64,000 bases of DNA from Terriglobia bacterium (GCA_963664115.2 CAXWPJ010000005.1:64001-128000), one strand, 5' to 3'. Numbered from the stretch's first letter, positions 19,029-28,490 are shown. Numbers and translations: made by a program. The notes: generated by a model not told the origin, from the letters alone.

Positions 19029-19393
19029 ATCGTCGGCACCAAGGACGTCTGAATTCGCGTCAGAGATATTGTTGTACACGGGGAATCTGGACGTATCTCG
19101 CTGGTAACCCAGGATAGCCGTGGCTATCGCTCGAACGTCGGACTGTGCCCGTGTTTCGCGGGCCTGGTCGATATAGCCGGTTACCATCGGAGTGAGAACG
19201 GCCGCGAGGATTGCGATAATGGCCAGGACCACTGCCAGCTCGATGAGCGTGAAACCCTTGTTGTTCAATTCTTTATTAGACATTTGAGAATCTCCTGTCC
19301 TTGCTAGAGTCCCCATTCCCCGACGAGATTATGTATCGGTCTTTTATTCTGGAGGTGGCGGATCTTCGTCCGCTCACCTCCAATTCGTGTCCG

Positions 19394-20017
19394 TCAGCGA
19401 ATTCGAGAGACGATGTCATCGTTGCCCGGTGTCAATGTCTCTGCCTCCGAAACCTGGTCGTCATCGGTGTCGATAAGCCCGTCCGGTCCTGCCGAGAGAA
19501 CAAATCCCATGTTGGCCGCATCGTCGACCAGGTTGAGGGCGGTGACGATATAAGCGTTACCCCAGGGATCGAGGGCTCCCGTCAGATCCAGGTACGGTCC
19601 GCGGTAGGCGACACGCCCGCCTCCAGGGTTATTCGTAGGCAAGGTCAATTTGTTCTGGTTCAGGAACTCATCGATACTCGCCGACGTTCCGGCCACAGTA
19701 TAGTTCGTCCAGCCATTGGGGGCTCCCCCCCCTGTTGCCAGTGCAGGCTCGTCCGCGGTTTGGCTGGCAAAGTATTCCTTGTCAGCTGTAGTACCGGTGG
19801 CCGCAGCAGCAGCGTCTGTGAATATCGGGTATTCCCCGGTGTCCCTCACGTGCAACTGATAGGACTGGGCGATGGCCCGGACATCGGCTGACGCTCGGGT
19901 CGTCCGCGCCTGGTCAATATAGCTGGTGACCAGGGGCGTCAGGATAGCAGCCAGGACCGCGATTATGGCCAGAACGACCGCGAGTTCGATTAGTGTAAAA
20001 CCTTTGTTAGCCTTCAT
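19394..20017 (-). CDS. short GspG-like pilin (intact; candidate major subunit)
   Basis: MKANKGFTLIELAVVLAII canonical type IV motif; RGPY, DPWGNAY, LSAGPDG, NDDIVSRIR. Confidence 0.9.
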   Translation of the reverse strand: MKANKGFTLIELAVVLAIIAVLAAILTPLVTSYIDQARTTRASADVRAIAQSYQLHVRDTGEYPIFTDAAAAATGTTADKEYFASQTADEPALATGGGAPNGWTNYTVAGTSASIDEFLNQNKLTLPTNNPGGGRVAYRGPYLDLTGALDPWGNAYIVTALNLVDDAANMGFVLSAGPDGLIDTDDDQVSEAETLTPGNDDIVSRIR

Positions 20018-20066
20018 TTGCGTTCTCCCTTCCAATTGAGTGTTAAAGATCTTAGGTGTCTTCATA

Positions 20067-20756
20067 TCACTGGATCCTAAAAATGATGTCGTCCCCGCCG
20101 GTGCGGAACACATCGTGAAGCTGAGCAAAATCTGTTTCAAGTGTACGGTTGGGTCCCGGCGAGAGCACCACAACCGCTACGCGTGTCCCGGTCGGAACCA
20201 CTAAGGGATTCACCGGGTCATTGCGGATAGCTTCGACGCCCTGGGGCGTAAGAAACTGGACGTTCGCGAGATATTTGTCACCCCACGGGTCGGAACTCGG
20301 CAGCTGGGACAAGTATGGCCCATTCCACCCTCTCTGCCGGTCGAACGAAATATCACCCTGCCTTGGATAAGCCGGCGCCGTGACATCGGGCTGGTTCATC
20401 ACCAGGTGGTTTTCAAGTAAGTCAATTTCGTCCGTGTCGGTTGGCCAGGTACTCGTGGAGTCCGTTGCGTCTTCTCCATCAGTTTCAAGGACGTAAAAGA
20501 TATCGTCGATCGGTGATGTCGCCTGCCCGGACTTGAACGCGGGGGGTGCCATTATGTCCTGAGCGAAATTGTGAATCGCGATACCGATAAATTCGGTGTC
20601 GCTGAAAGCCTTTGCAATCTTCGCGTCGTCCATTCCACCCAGAGCGGGAATCATCGCGATACTGGCCAGAATGGCCGTTACCGAAATCACCAGCACTGTC
20701 TCAATGAGAGAAGTGGCGACTCCGCGATTGCTTCTTAATGAGTTTACGGGCTTCAT
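20067..20756 (-). CDS. GspG-like pilin with atypical prepilin site
   Basis: RGVATSLIE plus hydrophobic helix; GWNGPY, DPWGDKY, LSPGPN, GDDIIFRIQ; paralog of 9204-10022. Confidence 0.8.
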   Translation of the reverse strand: MKPVNSLRSNRGVATSLIETVLVISVTAILASIAMIPALGGMDDAKIAKAFSDTEFIGIAIHNFAQDIMAPPAFKSGQATSPIDDIFYVLETDGEDATDSTSTWPTDTDEIDLLENHLVMNQPDVTAPAYPRQGDISFDRQRGWNGPYLSQLPSSDPWGDKYLANVQFLTPQGVEAIRNDPVNPLVVPTGTRVAVVVLSPGPNRTLETDFAQLHDVFRTGGDDIIFRIQ

Positions 20757-20778
20757 AACTGATCCTCGGCGATACCTT

Positions 20779-20794
20779 TGCAATCGTCTTGCCA
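20779..20794 (-). promoter_or_regulatory. sigma54 -24/-12 promoter
   Basis: Minus strand TGGCAA-GACGA-TTGCA. Confidence 0.75.
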
Positions 20795-20799
20795 ATGGT

Positions 20800-20812
20800 T
20801 AAATCGTTGATA
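20800..20812 (-). promoter_or_regulatory. IHF-binding site
   Basis: Minus strand TATCAACGATTTA matches WATCAANNNNTTR, located between promoter and putative enhancer. Confidence 0.55.
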
Positions 20813-20836
20813 AATAAAATACTGCCGGTCTTTCGG

Positions 20837-20886
20837 CTCTACCAAAACTGTTGATTTCCCATGTACAATCTACACAATTCGTTGGA
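20837..20886. promoter_or_regulatory. tandem putative enhancer-binding-protein sites
   Basis: CTCTAC-N7-GTTGAT (20837-20855) and ATCTAC-N7-GTTGGA (20868-20886). Confidence 0.5.
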
Positions 20887-20999
20887 ACCTACGATTCTTC
20901 TATCGTCACGACATGTCTCAGTCAGTAACCTAATCAATCACGACGCACCACACGGATTAATAGCTTAATATCAGTTATTTCTGGAAAATGGGTGGACGT

Positions 21000-22400
21000 T
21001 CAGGCGTCGGTGGATTCAGAAGGAGCTTCTTCGCTGACCTTGATCTCGTATTTCTTTACCTTGTACCAGAGGACGCGTTCGGTGATTCCCAGCACCTTGG
21101 CAGCCTTCCGCTGGACACCATCGGAACGCTCCAGGGCATCCAGAATCAGCTGACGCTCGACGTTTTTGACGGTTTCGTTCAGGTCCTGTGTCGTCGTCGG
21201 TGCGGCGGCCGAAGGCCTGTCGTCCACCTGCTTGCTGATGTGGGGTGGGAGTGACTTCGAGCTGAGTATCTCGCCATCGGCGAGCAGTACCGCACGCTCG
21301 ACCGTATTCTTGAGCTCGCGGATGTTCCCGGGCCAACGGTACTCTATCAGTTGGTTCATCGCATCTGAGGAGATCGCCCTGACCCCCCGCCCAAAACTGG
21401 AATTGGCTCCTTCCAGAAAATGCTCGGCCAGGATGGGGATGTCTTCGATGCGTTCCCTCAAGGCCGGCATGCGCACGGAGAACAGGTTCAATCGGTGGAA
21501 CAGATCTTCGCGGAAGGCCTGTTCTTGAACGGATTCTGAGAGATCTTTGTTGGTCGCCGCAATCACACGGACATCAATCGAAATGGGTTTGGTCCCGCCC
21601 AGCCGCTCGAATTCCATTTCCTGCAATATACGCAAGATTTTGGCCTGTGCCTGAAGGTTCATGTCCCCGATTTCATCGAGGAAGATCGTGCCCTGATCCG
21701 CCATCTCGAACTTTCCGATCTTGCGCTCCGTTGCGCCCGTGAACGCGCCCTTCTCAAAGCCGAACAACTCGCTCTCCAGCAGTCCCTCGGGAATGCCGGC
21801 GCAGTTGAGTTTGACCATAGCATTTGCAGCACGCGGGCTGTTCTGGTGTATCGCTTGTGCGATCAACTCCTTGCCTGTACCGGTTTCACCCCAGATCAGG
21901 ACGGTTGCGGTCGTATCGGCGACTCGACTGATCAAGCGGAGAACTTCCTCGATGGCACCGCTTTTTCCGATGATGTTCTGGACATGGAAGGTATCGCTGA
22001 TCTGATCCCGCAGAGTTTTCAGATCGCGCTCGAGTTGTCGGCGCTCGAGGGAGCGTCTGACGACGATCTCCATCTCTTCCATCTTGTAGGGCTTGCCGAA
22101 GAAGTCATAGGCTCCGCGCTTGATCGCTTCGATGGCCATCTCTTTTGAGCTCAGGGCCGTGATCATGAGAATCACGACCGACGGATCGATTTCCTTGAAT
22201 TTGGAAATCGCTTCGATACCGCTGATGCCGGGCAGTTGGATATCGAGCAGGATCAGGTCGGACGGGCGCTGCTTGAACTTCCTGAGGCCTTCTTCCGCGT
22301 CTTCGGCTTGCGACACGGCGTACCCGCGTTTCGTGAGCGCTTCCTGAAGCACGAAACGGGACACTTGCTCGTCGTCGACTATGAGGACGGATTCTTGCAT
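21000..22400 (-). CDS. sigma54-dependent response regulator (NtrC/PilR-like)
   Basis: REC domain, GETGTGKE, ESELFG, GAFTGA, FLDEIG, WPGNIREL, Fis-type HTH. Confidence 0.95.
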   Translation of the reverse strand: MQESVLIVDDEQVSRFVLQEALTKRGYAVSQAEDAEEGLRKFKQRPSDLILLDIQLPGISGIEAISKFKEIDPSVVILMITALSSKEMAIEAIKRGAYDFFGKPYKMEEMEIVVRRSLERRQLERDLKTLRDQISDTFHVQNIIGKSGAIEEVLRLISRVADTTATVLIWGETGTGKELIAQAIHQNSPRAANAMVKLNCAGIPEGLLESELFGFEKGAFTGATERKIGKFEMADQGTIFLDEIGDMNLQAQAKILRILQEMEFERLGGTKPISIDVRVIAATNKDLSESVQEQAFREDLFHRLNLFSVRMPALRERIEDIPILAEHFLEGANSSFGRGVRAISSDAMNQLIEYRWPGNIRELKNTVERAVLLADGEILSSKSLPPHISKQVDDRPSAAAPTTTQDLNETVKNVERQLILDALERSDGVQRKAAKVLGITERVLWYKVKKYEIKVSEEAPSESTDA

Positions 22401-22447
22401 CGCTTCAAAATAGCTGTCGGGTTCTTAGCTCTCTGTCTGCCGCAATG

Positions 22448-23920
22448 TCATGGAGTTGCCGCGTCCAATTCGCTTTTGGCTTCGACCGAATGAAGGCCTG
22501 AAGGGAGCAGCACTCGGAACAGAGTACCGCTCGACGGGTCGCTTTCGACATGAATCGTCCCCTCATGGGCTTCGATCAACTGTTTCGCAATCGCAAGTCC
22601 CAGACCTGTGCCTTCCTTTTTCGTCGTAAAAAACGGGACGAAAAGCTTCTCGATGTTTTCGGCTGGAATGTAGGATCCCTGATTGTGGAATTCGATCATC
22701 ACCGTTGTCTGTCCGGGTTCACTCGGGTGGAGAAAGTGCACGGGGCGCACCCGAACCGTGATCGTTCCTTCCTGAGGAGTGGCCTCACACGCGTTCTTGA
22801 ACATGCCGGTGAAAACTTCGATCAATTTGCTCCGATCACCCCGGACTACGTACCGATCGTCCGGGTACTCCTCGATCAGCTTTACCTCTCGTTCGATTAA
22901 CGAGTTTCGTGAGTATGCGATCGCTTCTCGAACTATTGTGACGGGGTCTTCGATCTTCGATGTATCGACCTGAACCGAGGCGTAGGAAAGGATATCTTCG
23001 ACCATTGTATTCAGCCGTTCGATCGAGGGCACGATTGTCTTAAGGTATTCCTGCTGCGGTGCGTCCGGAGGGAGGTCCTCCGCTGTTAATTCAGCGAGGC
23101 TTCGGATGTAACCGAGAGGCGTTCGGACTTCGTGGGCCATTCCGCTGATCGTGCTTCCTAGCGACGCCAGGACGTCGATCTTGCGGAGTTGATCTCTAAG
23201 CCGGGAAAACCCTTCGATGTCGCGGATCATGATCACGACTCCGATCGCCTCTTTCCCTTTGCTTTTCGCCGGTGATGCTGTTGCCCTGACGTAAACATCT
23301 CGACCGGATCGAGTTGAGATAATGATGTCCCGGGTCTGGAACGAATTCTGGGTGAGCGCGTCGTCGACAATTTTGAGCACCTGGAAATTTCTTGCCGATC
23401 CAGGAAACAGTTCGGTATAGCTCTTTCCCAGGTAATCCTCTTTTCGGATGCCCAGTAATTCTTCAACCGGCGAGTTCAGAAAGGCCACGGACCTGTCTCT
23501 ATTCAGGCTGACGATGCCTTCACTCATTTGCATGAAGAGATCAGCAGAGCGCAGGTAGCCCTTTAAAGGAACGAAGGTCTGGTTGTACAGGTTTGAGAGC
23601 GAGGTGATCTCGTCGTTAGCCATCTGCATGTCTTCGTCTGATGGGTTCGGGTTGAGTTCCCGCATCGTGCCGATGATCTCTTCAACCGGAGCGATGATGT
23701 ATCGGGAGATCGCGAAAGCGATTCCTGAAGCCACCAGCGCAATAAAGAGCACCGCGATCTTGAGATTGATCAGGAGCGGTGCCAGCTCCTCGCCGCCACT
23801 GATCAGGCCGATTTCAGAGTCGAGTATGTTCAACGGCAGGAAGCCTGCCGCCAGGGTGAAACACGCGACGATGACCGGGATGCTCAATATGAGACGGAAG
23901 CGGTATCGGGATTTCGTCAT
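22448..23920 (-). CDS. PAS sensor histidine kinase (PilS/NtrB-like)
   Basis: Two TM segments, HAMP-like linker, PAS, AHEVRTPL, NACEA, PFFTTK, GTGLGL. Confidence 0.92.
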   Translation of the reverse strand: MTKSRYRFRLILSIPVIVACFTLAAGFLPLNILDSEIGLISGGEELAPLLINLKIAVLFIALVASGIAFAISRYIIAPVEEIIGTMRELNPNPSDEDMQMANDEITSLSNLYNQTFVPLKGYLRSADLFMQMSEGIVSLNRDRSVAFLNSPVEELLGIRKEDYLGKSYTELFPGSARNFQVLKIVDDALTQNSFQTRDIIISTRSGRDVYVRATASPAKSKGKEAIGVVIMIRDIEGFSRLRDQLRKIDVLASLGSTISGMAHEVRTPLGYIRSLAELTAEDLPPDAPQQEYLKTIVPSIERLNTMVEDILSYASVQVDTSKIEDPVTIVREAIAYSRNSLIEREVKLIEEYPDDRYVVRGDRSKLIEVFTGMFKNACEATPQEGTITVRVRPVHFLHPSEPGQTTVMIEFHNQGSYIPAENIEKLFVPFFTTKKEGTGLGLAIAKQLIEAHEGTIHVESDPSSGTLFRVLLPSGLHSVEAKSELDAATP

Positions 23921-24045
23921 GATTGTCGGTCAAAGGTTACCCGTTCAGAACTAACAGTTTGCAGTTCCAGGGCGTTCGACGCAAGCCCTTCGATGCATTC
24001 TGCCGCGGACCCTCTGGGCGGGACCCCGGGATTCAGAGGGATTGG

Positions 24046-24651
24046 CTAGCGAATCAGGAGGGTCGAGACGGCCCCGGCACTTAACCAGGGCCCGAGGGCG
24101 ATCGGGCGAGCGGGGACGCCCAGGGCCTTCAGAGCCAGGGCTCCGGCTATGCCGAACGCCCCTGTCAGGACCAGGGCAGTGACGACGTCGGGCCAGCCAA
24201 GAAAGGCTCCAATCATCGCGGCGTATTTCCAATCACCACCGCCCACTTCCTTTTTCCTCGCAGCTTCCACGAGCGTCGTGACAACTAATATGCCGGCACC
24301 GAAGAGTAAGCCCAACAGAGTCCGCATGAACCCGTTAGGCAGAACTAGACTGCCCAAAATTAACGCTGCGGCGGTGCCCGGAACCGTGACCCGGAGAGGA
24401 ATTTCGTGGGTGCGAAAATCGAATAGCGTTACGCCGACGAGGACCAGAGAAAAGGCGCCATACGTGTATGTGAGTCCTGGATCGGACCCGAAGCGGAGGC
24501 CCAGTCCCATCAGGACAAGTACTGACGCAGCAATGGTCGTCGTCTGTTCATATTGGAAGAACCGATCGCTGTAGCGATCGACGAAGTGGTAGATCACCCA
24601 ACCCGCCAGGCCTCCGGCCGTGCCAAGCAGGAGGGAAAAGGAAAGGTTCAA
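24046..24651 (-). CDS. prepilin peptidase (A24), short form without N-terminal Cys/Zn domain
   Basis: FDFRTHEIP and GGGDWKYAAMIGAFLG catalytic Asp motifs, IALGPWL; 201 aa with no Cys. Confidence 0.85.
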   Translation of the reverse strand: MNLSFSLLLGTAGGLAGWVIYHFVDRYSDRFFQYEQTTTIAASVLVLMGLGLRFGSDPGLTYTYGAFSLVLVGVTLFDFRTHEIPLRVTVPGTAAALILGSLVLPNGFMRTLLGLLFGAGILVVTTLVEAARKKEVGGGDWKYAAMIGAFLGWPDVVTALVLTGAFGIAGALALKALGVPARPIALGPWLSAGAVSTLLIR

Positions 24652-25940
24652 GGCCCCGCCTGAGGGGACGAATTCTGTTGGAAGGATAAGTCCTGGATTT
24701 TCTGTTCGACCGACTCCACGAAGTCAGGGAAACGGTTTGCTCCCAGTTCCAGAAATAACCTGTAATGCTCAACCGCGCTGGCGTTCTCGCGTTCTTCTTC
24801 GTAAAGTACCGCTAAATTGTAATGCGTTTCCGCGCTCGAGGGTTGGACTTGAAGAGCGCTGAGGTATCGAAACTTCGCTTCTTCAATGTCGCCCGCACGC
24901 CGGCTCAGGATCGCAAGGTTGGTCATCGCCACGCCGTTCTGCGGATTCAACTCCAGAGCCCGTTCGAATGCTCGTGTCGCGCCCGCGTCCTGGCCGTCTT
25001 CCATCAGGACCGTACCCAGATTGTTGTAGGCCTTGTCGTAGCGGGGGTCGATGCGAATCGCCGTATTGAATGAGCGTATGGCTTCCGGGTTGTTGGCCAT
25101 CGACATATACATGAGCCCCAGATTATTGTGGACCGATTTGTTCATAGGGTTTTGGTCCAGCATCTGGTTGTAGTACTCCAGGGCTTTGAGATAGTCACCG
25201 CTCTGATGGTAGAAGAGCGCCAGCTCGAAAGGATCTCCTGCGGAACTATTGATCTGGAGGTCGGAAGGCTCCGGGGGCGCTTCGGCGGCTGACTCCACGG
25301 GTGTTTCGTCCGGTGTAGTTTCTTCCACGGCTCCGACCCCGACAGACGGCGGAGGCGCCGTTTCCACCAATTCCGTGAAAGCTCCATCGTTCGGCGCTTC
25401 CTCTAACGAGGGTGCCTCAGACTCTGCGGGCGGTGCAAGCTCAGACACTACAGGTTCCGGTACCGGAGGCGGGAGCGGAGTTTCCTCCGCGGTGTTGGGT
25501 ATTGGGGGTTCCGGTGATGTAACGGCAGTTTCAATCTCGCTCGGGATTTCAGATTCGGCCTCCGGTTCTGTACCGGCAACGTTCGCATCGGTTGATTCGA
25601 CTGCATCGGTCTCTTGAGGAGCGATGTCCACGTCAAGATCATTCAACGCACTCACATCATCGTTACCAGGAAGGAGCAGATTGCCGGCTTCGAGTAACTG
25701 GGCCTGTTCCTCCATCGAAGAGGCACCCGTCCATCGGATGTAGACGATTACGCCGCTTGCCAGGACAGTCGAGATAATTACAATCGGGAGCACATAAGTC
25801 GTTAGAATCTTCTTTGACTTTTTCGGTTCGGCCTTTTCTCCCTCAAAGCCAAAGCTCTTCAGAAACGCCGGCGCACGCTGGGGCGCCGATCCTCCGGCAA
25901 GGCTCTTGGCTTTTCGCAGTGCGTCCAGTATCAGACTCAT
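24648..25940 (-). CDS. GspB/ExeB-like N-terminus plus TPR protein (MshN-like)
   Basis: MSLILDALRKAK start, one TM, Pro/Glu-rich linker, about five TPR repeats. Confidence 0.75.
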   Translation of the reverse strand: MSLILDALRKAKSLAGGSAPQRAPAFLKSFGFEGEKAEPKKSKKILTTYVLPIVIISTVLASGVIVYIRWTGASSMEEQAQLLEAGNLLLPGNDDVSALNDLDVDIAPQETDAVESTDANVAGTEPEAESEIPSEIETAVTSPEPPIPNTAEETPLPPPVPEPVVSELAPPAESEAPSLEEAPNDGAFTELVETAPPPSVGVGAVEETTPDETPVESAAEAPPEPSDLQINSSAGDPFELALFYHQSGDYLKALEYYNQMLDQNPMNKSVHNNLGLMYMSMANNPEAIRSFNTAIRIDPRYDKAYNNLGTVLMEDGQDAGATRAFERALELNPQNGVAMTNLAILSRRAGDIEEAKFRYLSALQVQPSSAETHYNLAVLYEEERENASAVEHYRLFLELGANRFPDFVESVEQKIQDLSFQQNSSPQAGP

Positions 25941-25948
25941 TGATTCGC

Positions 25949-26914
25949 CTAGTTTGCTCCGAATCCGGTAATCAAGGCAACGACAACGATTGCCACAAGA
26001 ATGGAAATACCTACAACGAAAACAGTTTTCTTGACCGGCACAATTTCTCTCAAACGGTTCCACCCTTCCGAAGACGTTCCCGACTTACTCAACTGTAAGT
26101 TGTCGATCGCACGACGGGCTACGTCTCCGTCAATCGTCGTCGATCCCAGAGCCATGCCTGCGAGCAGCGATCGGTCGGCAATCAGGTTGATCAATCGAGG
26201 CACGCCTCCCGAATACTCGTAGATTTTTCGAGTCGCCGAGAGGTCAAATGAGACTCTCGTCGGACTCCCGCCCGCCACAGATAGGCGATGCCGGATGTAA
26301 TCAGCGGATTCCGGCTCGGACAACGGCGATAGTTCACACTTGATGGAAACCCTCTGGAACAGTTGCCTCAAACTGGGCTGGGAGAGAAGGTCGATAAGGT
26401 TGAGCTGGCCGACCAGGACAATCTGCAGTAATTTTTCCTTGTGCGTTTCCAGATTCGATAGAATGCGGATCTGTTCGAGCGTTCCCATAGGAATGTTATG
26501 GGCTTCATCAATCAGGACGACGGCCCGTCCACCCGACTCGAGAGTTTTCAGAAGGAAACCATTTAAAATATTGATGAGATCCCGCGTGCTGAGACTTCCC
26601 TGAGCATCTTTTCTTCCCGGAAGTTTGACGTTGAGATCCTCCAGGATCGCCTTGATCAGGTCGGTCTCCGACAGAAACGGGTTCAACAGGAGAGCTGTAG
26701 AGACATCCTTGTCGGTGGCACCGAGGACCGTTCGACATAGCGTGGTCTTGCCGGTTCCGATATCCCCGTAGACGAGCATGAACCCTTCGCGACGCTCGAT
26801 GCCATACTGCAGGAGTTCGAAAGCACGCGTATGGCCTTCACTTCTATAGAAGTACTTGGGGTCGGGTGTCAGGCTGAACGGTGGTTCAATCAGTCCGTAG
26901 TGTTCTTCGTACAT
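25949..26914 (-). CDS. ExeA/GspA/MshM-family AAA ATPase
   Basis: MYEEHYGL..PFSLTPDP, GDIGTGKTT, LIDEAH, VLVGQ, SGGVPRLIN. Confidence 0.92.
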   Translation of the reverse strand: MYEEHYGLIEPPFSLTPDPKYFYRSEGHTRAFELLQYGIERREGFMLVYGDIGTGKTTLCRTVLGATDKDVSTALLLNPFLSETDLIKAILEDLNVKLPGRKDAQGSLSTRDLINILNGFLLKTLESGGRAVVLIDEAHNIPMGTLEQIRILSNLETHKEKLLQIVLVGQLNLIDLLSQPSLRQLFQRVSIKCELSPLSEPESADYIRHRLSVAGGSPTRVSFDLSATRKIYEYSGGVPRLINLIADRSLLAGMALGSTTIDGDVARRAIDNLQLSKSGTSSEGWNRLREIVPVKKTVFVVGISILVAIVVVALITGFGAN

Positions 26915-26972
26915 GAAGGTTTCAGCTACCCGCCCTCAGCTCGGTCGCTGAGGGCGAAGCGCTTTTCAGGTT

Positions 26973-28490
26973 TCAGTCCAAAGTTTCCCGCAGCTCTGCC
27001 TGGTTCTCCAATCGCTGTCGCGCGTAGTCGGCCGCGCTCTGAACCGTGGTGATCGTCGGAGTCAGCAGAATCACCATATCGGTCTTTCGGGTTTCCAACT
27101 CAACGCTCCTGAATAATTTTCCAATCAGTGGAATATCGCCGAGAATGGGTACCTTTGTCTCCGCCTTGAGCGTGCGGTCCGAGATGAATCCGGCAATGAA
27201 AATGGTGTCTCCTTCCCTGACCCGCAACACCGTATCGGTTTCACGTACATCGACGATAGGAACCGTGGTCCCATCAGGCGACGTCGCCTGTCCGGTACGT
27301 TCCGTGATGGTCGGATGAATGTTCATCGTGATAATCCCATCGGAGCTGATTTGCGGTGTCACGTCCAGGACGACACCTTCGTTGATCGTGGCCGGAGTCG
27401 TTGTCGTGGAAATGGTACGCCCGGTGTCCGGATCCAACTGACTCGTTGTCGTAAAGAACACGTCCTGCGTTCCGGTGCGGAACACGGCCGGCTGGTTGTT
27501 GAGCGTCGAGATACTGGAAGCTGAGAGGACGTTGACTTCTCCGCGTGTCGAAAGCGTTTGAATCAGGGCGTCGAAGTCGCCGTGAGTCACGTTGAAGTTG
27601 AAACCGTTCTGGATAGCCGACCCGAGACTCTGGGTCAGAGTCCCCGTTGTACCCAGGATCGCCGACCAATCAACACCGGCACGATAATTGTCATTGAGCT
27701 TCACCTCGATGATTCTGGCCTCAATCACAACCTGCCGGTTGACGGCGTTCTGTATCAGTTCCAGATACGTTCCTATCGCGTCCAGATAGGGCCTGTAATC
27801 GGTGACGAAGATCAGCCCGGCAAGTTTGTTGTAGATGATCCGGCCTTCGGGCGATATCAGTGTGGCCAGGTCCGTTTCGATATCAGTCAGGAGACTTGTG
27901 CTCTCCGTTCCTGAAATCGATGTGCTCGAATTGCCGCCCCCGCCGCCGCCAATGTTGGCCCCTCCAGTGCCCCCTGTGGTGCCCCCGCCTCCGGCCGAAG
28001 CGCTGGCCGAAAGAGACCGGCTGACCGTTCGTTCGGTTGTGATGTAGTCGAACTCGAAGGTTCGCGTTTCCAACTGGGGCATGTTCACTCTTAGGAGTTC
28101 CCCATCGATCTGATACTCCAATCCCCGTGGATCCAGAATCACCGCAAGCGCTTCTTCCAGGTTTACGCCGCGGAGGTCGGCGTCTACGGTGTCCGCGATG
28201 GCCGGATCCATCACAAGGCTCAGGCCGTTGGCCTGTGCCAGTGCATTGAGCACTTGACGGAGGTCCGCCGCGACCATGAGCACGTCGAAAGGGTTCGTTC
28301 CGGCATCCTGCTCCAGTTCGAGTTGCACGGCCGGAAGTTGCTGGCCCGGTCCCGGAACCCGATCCTGTACACCCGGAGTGGCCACGCTGGCAACCGCACC
28401 ACCGGGCGTCACGATCTGTGAAATGTTGAGCTCTCGCGGAAGCCCCGGCTGCTGTATGAAAAGTGCCAAAGCTATGGTCATCGCCTGCAT
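26973..28490 (-). CDS. secretin (MshL/GspD/PilQ family)
   Basis: QVVIEARIIEV, TLNNQPA, GVVLDVTPQI, KVPILGDIPLIGKLF, ILLTP; Gly/Ser-rich loop after ETRTFEFDY as in MshL-type secretins. Confidence 0.93.
   Translation of the reverse strand: MQAMTIALALFIQQPGLPRELNISQIVTPGGAVASVATPGVQDRVPGPGQQLPAVQLELEQDAGTNPFDVLMVAADLRQVLNALAQANGLSLVMDPAIADTVDADLRGVNLEEALAVILDPRGLEYQIDGELLRVNMPQLETRTFEFDYITTERTVSRSLSASASAGGGGTTGGTGGANIGGGGGGNSSTSISGTESTSLLTDIETDLATLISPEGRIIYNKLAGLIFVTDYRPYLDAIGTYLELIQNAVNRQVVIEARIIEVKLNDNYRAGVDWSAILGTTGTLTQSLGSAIQNGFNFNVTHGDFDALIQTLSTRGEVNVLSASSISTLNNQPAVFRTGTQDVFFTTTSQLDPDTGRTISTTTTPATINEGVVLDVTPQISSDGIITMNIHPTITERTGQATSPDGTTVPIVDVRETDTVLRVREGDTIFIAGFISDRTLKAETKVPILGDIPLIGKLFRSVELETRKTDMVILLTPTITTVQSAADYARQRLENQAELRETLD

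Larger units (their letters stand above)
17302..19283 (-). pseudogene. short GspG-like pilin interrupted by IS256
   Basis: N-part KGFTLIELAVVLAII (19283-19029) joins in frame to the C-part (17634-17302; RGPY, DPWGNYY, LSAGPN, GDDIAQRIR) to give 195 aa after removing the IS and one target repeat. Confidence 0.92.

Noticed and set aside
9204-20756. Diversity-generating retroelement, shufflon or pilS-type silent cassette system acting on the pilins
   Set aside because: No reverse transcriptase or site-specific recombinase, no near-identical template/variable repeat pair seen, and each pilin has its own start and N-terminal helix.
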